Shown here: piece by piece, positions 48,287 to 64,000 of the stretch
Numbering within the stretch: position 1 is the first letter of the stretch
How the letters are laid out: each line of letters begins with the position of its first letter
Source: the human T2T-CHM13v2.0 reference genome, Homo sapiens
Assembly: GCF_009914755.1 (NCBI RefSeq)
Contig: NC_060929.1
DNA length: 64,000 bases
Direction: 5' to 3' (one strand)
Notes under the pieces: generated by a model
The model's database searches: none
What the model was told of the DNA's origin: nothing
What the model saw: only the letters and a program-made list of their open reading frames with translations
Made by a program: the position numbers and the translations under genes

Positions 48287-49297
48287 GAGGGTGGAGCCAA
48301 GATGGCCGAATAGGAACAGCTCCAGTCTAGAGCTCCCAGCGTGAGCGATGCAGAAGATGGGTGATTTCTGCATTTCCAACTGAGGTACCGGGTTCATCTC
48401 ACTTGGGAGTGCCGGACAGTGGGTGCAGCGCACCGTGCATGAGCCAAAGCAGGGTGAGGCATCACCTTACCTGGGAAGTGCAAGGGGTCAGGGAATTCCC
48501 TTTCCTAGTCAAAGGAAGGGATTACAAACGGCACCTGGAAAATCGGGTCACCCCCACCCTAATACTGCCCTTTTCCAACAGGATTATCAAACGGCACACC
48601 AGGAGATTATACCCCACACATGGCTCGGAGGGTCCTATGCCCACGGAGCCTCACTCATTGCTAGCACAGCAGACTGAGATCAAACTGCAAGGCGGCAGCC
48701 AGGCTAAGGGAGGGGCGCCCACCATTGCTCAGGCTTGAGTAGGTAAACAAAGCAGCGGAGAAGCTCGAACTGGGTGGAGCCCACCACAGCTCAAGGAGGC
48801 CTGCCTGCCTCTGTAGGCTCCACCTCTGGGCGCAGGGCACAGAAAAACAAAAGACAGCAATAACCTCTGCAGACTTAAATGTCCCTGGCTGACAGCTTTG
48901 AAGAGAGTAGTGGTTCTCCCAGCACGCAGCTGGAGATCTGAGAACGGACAGACTGCCTCAAGTGGGTCCCTGACCCCCGAGTAGCCTAACTGGTAGGCAC
49001 CCCCCAGTAGGGACGGACTGACACCTCACACAGCTGGGTACTCCTCTGAGACAAAACTTCCAGAGGAATGATCAGGCAGCAGCATTTGCGGCTCACCAAT
49101 ATCCACTGTTCTGCAGCCACCAATGCTGATACCCAGGCAAACAGGGTCTGGAGTGGACCTCCAGTAAACTCCAAAAGACCTGCAGCTGAGGGTCCTGACT
49201 GTTAGAAGGAAAACTAACAAACAGAAAGGACATCCACACCAAAAACCCATCTGTACCTCACCATGATCAAAGACCAAAGGTAGATAAAACCACAAAG
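48287..49297 (+). promoter_or_regulatory. L1 5'UTR internal promoter (YY1 motif, antisense promoter region), CpG-eroded
   Basis: CAAGATGGCCG YY1 site at ~48298-48308. Sense and antisense promoter activity of the primate L1 5'UTR is established for the family, not shown for this copy. Confidence 0.7.
48651..48725 (-). pseudogene. Truncated L1 ORF0 (MVGAPPLAWLPPCSLISVCCASNE*)
   Basis: Antisense ATG in the 5'UTR gives the ORF0 N-terminus. TGA after 24 codons, consistent with CGA>TGA decay. Confidence 0.75.
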
Positions 49298-50314
49298 ATG
49301 GGGAAAAAAAAGAGCAGAAAAACCGGAAACCCTAAAAATAAGAGTGCCTCTCCTCCTCCAAAGGAATGCAGCTCATCACCAGCAACGGAACAAAGCTGGA
49401 TGGAGAATGACTTTGAGGAATTGAGAGAGGAAGGCTTCAGAAGATCAAACTACTCTGAGCTAAAGGAGGAAGTTCGAACCAATGGCAAAGAAGTTAAAAA
49501 CTTTGAAAAAAAATTAGATGAATGGCTAACTAGAATAACCAATGCAGAGAAGTCCTGAAAGGACCTGATGGAGCTGAAAACCAAGGCACGAGAACTACGT
49601 GAAGAAAGCAGAAGCCTCAGTAACCGATGCAATCAACTGGAAGAAACGGTATCAGCGATGGAAGACAAAATGAATGAAATGAAGCACAAAGAGAAATTTA
49701 GAGAAAAAAGAATAAAAAGAAATTAACCAAGTCTCCAAGAAATATGGGACTATGTGAAAAGACCAAATCTACATCTAAATGGTGTACCTGAAAGTGACGG
49801 GGAGAATGAAACCAAGTTGGAAAACACTCTGCAGTATATTATCCAGGAGAACTTCCCCAGTCTAGCAAGCCAGGCCAACATTCAGATTCGGGAAATACAG
49901 AGAACGCCACAAAGATACTCCTCGAGAAGACCAACTCCAAGACACATAATTGTCAGATTCACCGAAGTTGAAATGAAGGAAAAAATGTTAAGGGCAGCCA
50001 GAGAGAAAGGCCGGGTTACCCACAAAGGGAAGCCCATCAGACTAACAGCGGATCTCTCGGCAGAAACTCTACAAGCCAGAAGAGAGTGGGGGCCAATATT
50101 CAACATTCTTAAAGAAAAGAATTTTCAACCCAGAATTTCATATCCAGCCAAACTAAGGTTCATAAGTGAAGGAGAAATAAAATACTTTACAGAGAAGCAA
50201 ATGCTGAGAGATTTTGTCATCACAAGGCCTGCCCTAAAAGAGCTACTGAAGGAAGCACTAAACATGGAAAGGAACAACCAGTACCAGCCACTGCAAAAAC
50301 ATGCCAAATTGTAA
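49298..50314 (+). pseudogene. L1 ORF1 with premature stops
   Basis: MGKKKSRKTGN… stops at 49556-49558. The C-terminal part (49754-50314 …YQPLQKHAKL) remains open. Confidence 0.92.
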
Positions 50315-50374
50315 AGACCATCGAGGCTACGAAGCAACTGCATCAACTAACGAGCAAAATAACCAGCTAACATC

Positions 50375-54250
<3,876 letters not shown>

Positions 54251-54457
54251 TGAGAACACTTGGACACAGGAAGGGGAATATCACACACTGGGGCCTGTTG
54301 TGGGGTGGGGGGAGGGGGGAAGGATAGCATTAGGAGATATACCTAATGTAAATGATGAGTTAATGGGTGCAGCACACCTACATGGCACATGTATACATAT
54401 GTAACAAACCTGCACGTTGTGCACATATACCCTAAAACTTAAAGTATAATAATTTTA

Positions 54458-57638
<3,181 letters not shown>

Positions 57639-57639
57639 T

Positions 57640-58510
57640 GTCAAAGAATCCTTGAAGAAAACCTAGGAAACACCATTCTGAACATCAGTCTTGGGAAAGA
57701 ATTTATGACTAAGTCTTCAAAAGTAATTGCGGCAGAAACCAAAGTTTACAAGTGAGCCTTAATTAAACTAAGGGGCTTCTTCATAGCAAAAGAAACTATC
57801 AACAGCATAAATGGACAACCTACAGAATGGCAGAAAACATTAACAAACCATACATCCAACAAAGGTCAAATATCCAGAATCTACAAGGAACTTAATTCAA
57901 CAGGCAAAAACCAAATAACCACATTGAAAAGTGGGCAAAAGACACGAACAGACACTTCTCAAAAGAAGACATCCAAGCAACCAACATATTTTTTAAAAAA
58001 AGATTTAACACCACTAATCATCAGAGACATGCCAATCAAAACCACAATGAGGTACCATCTCACACTAGTCAGAATGGCTATTACTAAAAAGACAAGAAAT
58101 AACAGATGTTGGCAAGGATGCAGAGAAAAGAGAACACTTATACACCATTGAGGGGAATACAAGGTAGTTTAACCCCTACAGAAAACAGTATGGAGATTTC
58201 TCAAAGAACTAAAAACAGAACTGCCATTCATCCCACCAATCCCACCACTGGGTATTTATCCAAAGGAAAAGAAATTGTTTTGTCAAGAAGACACCTGGGC
58301 TCATATGTTTACTGCAGCACTATTTACAATAGCAAAGTCATGGAATCAACTTAAGTCTCCACAAATGGTTGATTAGATAAAGAAAATGTGCTACATATAT
58401 CCCATGGAATACCATGCAACCAGAAAACAGAATAAAACCATGTCTTCACAGCAACACAGATGGAGCTGGAGGCCATTATCCTGAATAAAACAACTGAGAA
58501 ACAGAAAGTA
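57640..58510 (+). mobile_element. Separate old L1P/L1PB-type ORF2 3' fragment
   Basis: gaagaaaacctaggaaacaccattctgaacatc…; ORF 57924-58151 '[21 protein letters not shown]'. Confidence 0.78.
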
Positions 58511-58589
58511 TTGAAGCATCTTACAATCATATTTTGAGCAAAAACAAGACATACTCAAATGAGAATATACTGTATGATCCCAAAATATA

Positions 58590-59420
58590 TAAAGAATATC
58601 TTCAAATCAACATGAAAAAGGAAGACAATTCACTAGAAAAAATGACCAGAAGACTTGTGTAGGCAATACATAAAAGAGGATATCCAAATGGTCATCAGAG
58701 AAATGCAAATTAAATGCATCAGAAGGGTAAAAATTAAAATGATAGAAAATACCAAATGTTGGCTTTGGTAAGGAGGAATTGGTATTCTCATACATGGACT
58801 GATGGGAGTATAAGTTGGTACAACTACTGTTCAGATGCATCTACCAAAGGTAATGTATGTATGTACAGCCTGCACCCTACAACTTCATTCTGTGGTATAT
58901 ACACTCTAGACATATATATGTAGGGTCAACAAAAGATACAAACCAGAATGTGCATAACAGCACTATTTGTAATACCATCAATCTGGAAATGTTCATAATA
59001 CCAAAATGTCCACCATCAAAAGAATAGATATATTAATTATAGTATTACATATAATGACATATCATACAATGAGAATGAATTAGTTACACTTACCCATAAT
59101 ATAAATGAATCTCAAAACATAGCATGAATAAAATAAGTAAGGCACTAAAGAGTACATATCATATAAATCTATTTACAAAAAGGCAAAAGAAGGTGAAACT
59201 AATCTATGGTATTAGAAGTCAGAATAAAATTATCCTTGATGGCAGGGAAAGAGGATTGGATAGTAACTTAAAGGGGCATAAGGGCACTTCTGGGTTTCGG
59301 GCAACGTTTTGATTTTTAATCTAGATGCTAGTTCCATCTGTATAAAATAAAACTTGTGAAGATTTATTAAAATGTACATTTATCAATTTTGCAATTTTCA
59401 TTATTTTATCCTTCAATAAA
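58590..59420 (+). mobile_element. Old L1ME-type 3' end
   Basis: gaatctcaaaacat…aactaatctatggtattagaagtcagaat…aaggggcataagggcacttctggg…tcttaatctag. Confidence 0.65.
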
Positions 59421-59904
59421 TGGTCTACATAAAAATACAAGGAGATAACTAAAAACTACAGTATTGGGAAGGAGGAAATTTATTCTAAAGGATTCTTAAG
59501 TCTTTTGATTTTAAAGAAGGTTATATTACCAACCAATATTATACTAAGTCAAGATTGCATGTTATATTTGCTAAAGCTGAACATCAAATCAATAACATTA
59601 AATCAAAAGATTACTAAACAAACTTACACTACAACATGACCAGGGTCACCATATCTCCTCTTGTGCCCCAAGTCAATGCAACTTTGAACATTTCTCCCAT
59701 ATTATTTCCTCCCTAGCAAAAACAACTTCATCCTCATACATATATCACTACATCACATTGTACTTTGTAATTCAATTTTACTTGTCAATTACATTTAAAT
59801 CAATCTAGGAAAATATTTAAACTTTATCCCTCACTTTTGCATGCTGATATCTGAGGATATGTCATGATCTTTGGGAATAAGATAATCATGTGGGAAAAGT
59901 GCTA

Positions 59905-60177
59905 TTTTTTTCACTATCAACAGAACTACTAAGTGACTATTGAATGAGTGGGGTAGCATATACAGCATGCACACCCTGGACAAAGGGATGATTCACATCC
60001 AGAACAGAACAGGGTGGGACAACATGAAATTTCATCACATTACTCAGAATGGTATGCAACGTCAAACTTATGAATTGCTTATTTCTGGGACTTTCCATTT
60101 AATATATCTAGACCATGGTGGACCACAGGTAACTGAAACCATGGAAAGCGGAACTGTAGATAAAAGGAGACTACTGT
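59905..60177 (+). mobile_element. TcMar-Tigger relic (MER82-like), one end
   Basis: ctggacaaagggatgattcacatcc…gtaactgaaaccatggaaagcggaactgtagataaaaggagactactg followed by a TA target dinucleotide. Confidence 0.75.
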
Positions 60178-60409
60178 ATTTCAGTTAAAATGACAATTCC
60201 TAAACCAGCATAGCACAGAACACAGGACCTTAACTAGCATTCTAAACTTTAAGTAAAATTTTAGAGGAAAAAAAATATATGGTTACAAGGATGGGTCATC
60301 TCTACTATTACACTCATCACCATTGAAAGTTTCTTATAAGATGGTTTTATAATTTTCAGATTTGCAAAAAAAGAGGTAAAATTTCTACAAATATAATTAC
60401 ATAAATTTT

Positions 60410-60650
60410 CCTACCATAGTGTCAGGTATTAAGCTAGATATTTAATGTAATTCTCATATGTAAGTTAATTCTCCCAAAGACTGAAAATTAGGAATCATTA
60501 TAATAGTCTTAAAGATACAGAAACTGAGGTTCAGTGGATTTAAATTAGTTTCTCAAGGTCAAACATCTGGTAATTAGCAGACTGAGGACTCAAACCCAAG
60601 GTCTGTTTGTATCCAATATCTTCACCTTTGTAAACTATATTATGTAACTG
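60410..60650. mobile_element. MIR
   Basis: cagaaactgaggttcagtggatttaaattagtttctcaaggtca…ggactcaaacccaaggtctg. Confidence 0.72.
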
Positions 60651-61194
60651 CCTATAGTCCCTCAGCAAAGACACACACATGATTCATTTTAGAAATTAAT
60701 ACATCAGTGGCTTATTAGTGACAGGAAGGCTGAAATATAGAAAGTGATGGAAGAAACAATCCTGTGTCCTTCAAATAACTGCCTAGGTATGCAGAAAGCT
60801 GGTCCCTGTAAGGGGTTAAAATATAAAGCCTAGGTAAAGTAAATTAAAAGGGGCTGTATGAATCTACTGCAGTTAGATTTGGAGAAAGATGCATTTATTA
60901 TTCTGTACACCTTGGCATGTGTGATTGATGTCAATTTGAGGCTTTATAGAGTAAAAAGTGCTGACAAACAAGTGAATCACTTTATTAATGTGCTATAAAA
61001 GGATAAATGAGGCTTGAGAAACTTTGTTTGCCCTAGACTCAGCACATTGGAAAGGCTGGCAAAGGTAAACGCCTCCTTAGGATGATCCATTGCAACTCCT
61101 TCTCAGTTTTTCATATGCAATCTTTCCCTTAGATTTCTTAGAGTTATTTATTCTCTATATGCACAACTTCAAAATACTTGGTCTTACTCTGACC

Positions 61195-61270
61195 CATCTC
61201 AAAATACTTGACTATCGCATTCATTTATCTAGTCCACAAACCTTCCACTAATCTCTTATCTAAAGTCTGC
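61195..61270 (+). repeat. ~80-bp direct repeat, copy 1 (copy 2 at 62710-62789)
   Basis: catctcaaaatacttg…cattcatttatcta..ccacaaaccttccactaa…aaagtctgc occurs twice. Confidence 0.85.
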
Positions 61271-62249
61271 TCTCCTAAGAGAAGGACTCGTCAGGTGTCT
61301 TTCTCAGGATTCTAGTTTCTTCAAATATTTGAGAAATGTACATCTCTTAGGAGGAACAAATCAATGCTGTCACAGTGGGATTTATGAGCCCACCCCACTC
61401 TCCAACACCATGCTCCTGTGAAGCTTCTTTGCAGCACTAGAAATTCATTCCTAGATGTCTTAGAGATTTTATTCTTCAAGAGATCTTTCTCAAAACACAA
61501 ATATCTAAAATGATTATTAAATAAAATGTATCTGGGAAGAGCTAAGAAAAAGAGCAAAACCGTAGTAGGAGTTCTAGAATGCAAAAGCTACCTACACATT
61601 TTCCTAGACTAACAACAAATGTCCTCCCTAAGCCTCTAAAGTGCTTGTCTGTAAATCTGTCCAAATTTCTCAGGTTCCAGATCGGCCTTTCTTTTTTAAA
61701 AAAAGTAAACTTGTTCCTTTAGGCCAGGAGAAATTGTACCCATTAATAGGAGATGTTCCAGAGAGAGGTAGGTATACATTTAAGACACACATGGAAAAAT
61801 AAACCGTAAAAACCCCATCCCACTATGCTATCTAGGACCTCAGGACATTACCATACAAATTAGAAAAAGGCACCCTTTCTGGATGGAGTGCTCATGACTC
61901 AGCAAAAAAAAGAAACAGCTGAATTTCAGCCCCTACCCTCATCCTTACTAGGAGCAATTGTGCAGGATGCACAGAAACTGCCCAACCATATGAGAGGTTC
62001 TCTAGGACTACTGTCTCAGTTTGCAAAAGGTTGTTCACAGGCTCGACTGTGCTTCTTCAAATTGTCTTAATTAAAAGAAAATTCTAATATTTCAAGTTAA
62101 ATTTTAGTGCAAATATCTGAAAAGTCGACACTTGTTTGATATTTCCCCAAGATGTATCTTGAAATTCACTGAGGAAATTGATGTCTTTTATCACTATATA
62201 AGCATTTTGGTTTCATCTGCCCTCTGCTGTGTACTTCATACCCTTCATA

Positions 62250-62620
62250 CCAATACACATACACATACACACAGACCTAGACACACCCATGTCCCTCACC
62301 AGCCACACCCATACCTATACACACAGACACACACAACCAGGCAAACACACACTCACCCATACACCTATACACGTTCACCCAACCACACACAATCATACAT
62401 ACAAACAACCACATGCACCCAAAAACACACCACAAATACCCACACCCATACATACCCACACTCAGTCACACACACACACACATGCTTATCCATACAACCA
62501 TAAACATATACACACACACACCCTACACACACACAGAAATGCACACTTATATAGCCATATACAAATTCTTTCTCCAATCACTGATGCCTTCTCTTACTAA
62601 CACTGCACAATCACACACCA
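62250..62620. repeat. Degenerate (CA)-rich low-complexity tract
   Basis: Interrupted CA/CACA/CATA repeats; source of the His/Thr-rich spurious ORFs. Confidence 0.9.
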
Positions 62621-62709
62621 AACTCTTCATTGACCATGTTTCCTGATTGAACATGTTTTCTGATTTCTCCAAGACTATCCTCATGTCTGAGATACATCTC
62701 ACTTTAACA

Positions 62710-62789
62710 CATCTCAAAATACTTGGCTAATTATCACATTCATTTATCTACCCCACAAACCTTCCACTAACCCATTATCCAAAGTCTGC
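62710..62789 (+). repeat. ~80-bp direct repeat, copy 2
   Basis: Differs from 61195-61270 by a 4-nt indel and about 8 substitutions (counted by eye). Confidence 0.85.
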
Positions 62790-63189
62790 ATGGTATTCTG
62801 GTTTTTAAACTTTGTTTATGAATCAGATTTTATTTGTTCAACCAAATAATTTAGAATGCCTTTGGAAATATTTGTAAATAGCAAATATTTCTGGATCTGA
62901 AAATGTTCCAAAAATGAAACATTGACCAATCAATTTCACCTAAGCATTGACCAGCCTATACGTTTACAAATTGTATCCCTATTCAAAATAACATAGAGAC
63001 TGCTGAGGTTTGAAGGCAGCTTATGTGATACTCTCTTCCCTGTCAGATACAAGCTAACTGAAAGCAAAAATGTTAGGCAGAGGAGATTAAAAATATCAGA
63101 TTTATTATAGATTAAACTAGATTGGAATAGATGGCTTTGGAGAAAAAAAGATGTTCCTAAAACTCCCTTGTCCAGAATTAGATACTTAC

Positions 63190-63259
63190 CCTTCAGTCAC
63201 TATCAGCACTGGACAATGGAAGTCCTTTCCCCATATAACCAAGAGCACATCAGATCTCT
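63190..63259 (-). other. Candidate exon (70 nt)
   Basis: Minus strand: tttcccttttgtctttgtgattcttctctctgtag|AGAGATC…TGAAGG|gtaagtatc. Strong polypyrimidine tract and consensus donor. An upstream donor CAG|gtagga at 63402/63401 would define a 142-nt intron. Confidence 0.45.
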
Positions 63260-63789
63260 CTACAGAGAGAAGAATCACAAAGACAAAAGGGAAATAATAT
63301 GCCAAGCATGCTCTGTTTCTTGTCCCAAACTCACCAATGAGGTTAGTCCATTCTTCTCTCATGAGGAAAAGGAAGGAGCACAGAGGAGAAAGATGTCCTA
63401 CCTGGCAAGAGACATCAGAAGAATGGAATAAGTATTTACCCCAACACTTCTCAGCTTTTCTTTCATCTCTACCTTTTAGGCTCAACCAATATTTTAGGAA
63501 TAACCAGGTATGGAGACATCGCCCTCCAGAGAGATCAGCAGTCTATCAAAATTTTCTGCTCTCACCATTTGTTTTTTATCCCCGGACCACAATTTCAGCA
63601 GTATAAAGTTTTCTCCCAGAAGACACTAAAATACGCTAAAACCATATACTAACTAAATTAATCCCAGAACTACTTAGGAATTAATACTAAAAATTTATTC
63701 TCTATTCTATTTCTTAGGCCAAATTATTTTTCAGTCTTGTCCAACATAGTATTTATTGCTGTTTTCCAGTAAAATAAAAAGGCATCATA

Positions 63790-64000
63790 AAGATATTTTG
63801 GTAATAATACAATAAATTGAGATGCCCAAATTTAAATATGAATCTTTTGAAATCAAATTATCAAAACTCAAATATAAAGAGAACATTTTGAAACAAGAGA
63901 AAAGTGACTAATACAAGAGAACCTCCATAAGGTTATTAGTGGGTTTCTCAGCAGAACCTTGGCATTTCAAGAGAGAGTAGGATGATATATTCAAAGTACT
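63790..64000 (+). mobile_element. Old L1M ORF1 fragment (runs off the window)
   Basis: caaattatcaaaactcaaatataaagagaacattttgaaac…tttctcagcagaacc…gagagagtaggatgatatattcaaagt. Confidence 0.7.

Noticed and set aside
62132-62646. His/Thr-rich and Val/Cys-rich ORFs
   Set aside because: Products of the CA-rich low-complexity tract.

Overview
Primate (human/great-ape-like) genomic DNA, AT-rich and dominated by interspersed repeats. I can support no intact host protein-coding gene, RNA gene or CRISPR array. All long ORFs come from LINE-1 ORF1/ORF2 or the THE1 internal region. Main contents: three young L1PA copies (1-2978 +; 17673-20110 - carrying an AluYe5-like insert; a full-length but dead copy at 48287-54475 +), several older L1M/L1MA/L1PB relics that host nested insertions, a near-complete THE1A element, solo LTR22 and MER61 LTRs, about a dozen Alus, MIR/MER DNA-transposon relics and microsatellites. 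I did not find a convincing new biological system. The best leads are: (1) the three young L1s share non-consensus transversions in a mosaic pattern, including the same nonsense codon in two inverted copies, pointing to local gene conversion/recombination or an assembly artefact; (2) the full-length L1 has no TSD and is fused to half an Alu; (3) several minus-strand exon-like segments plus a strong + strand L1 bias suggest an unidentified minus-strand spliced transcript; (4) a perfect 20-bp-arm hairpin at 42589-42632; (5) a twin-primed L1 with an unusually large internal gap. Subfamily names come from my recollection of consensus sequences and need RepeatMasker/Dfam confirmation.
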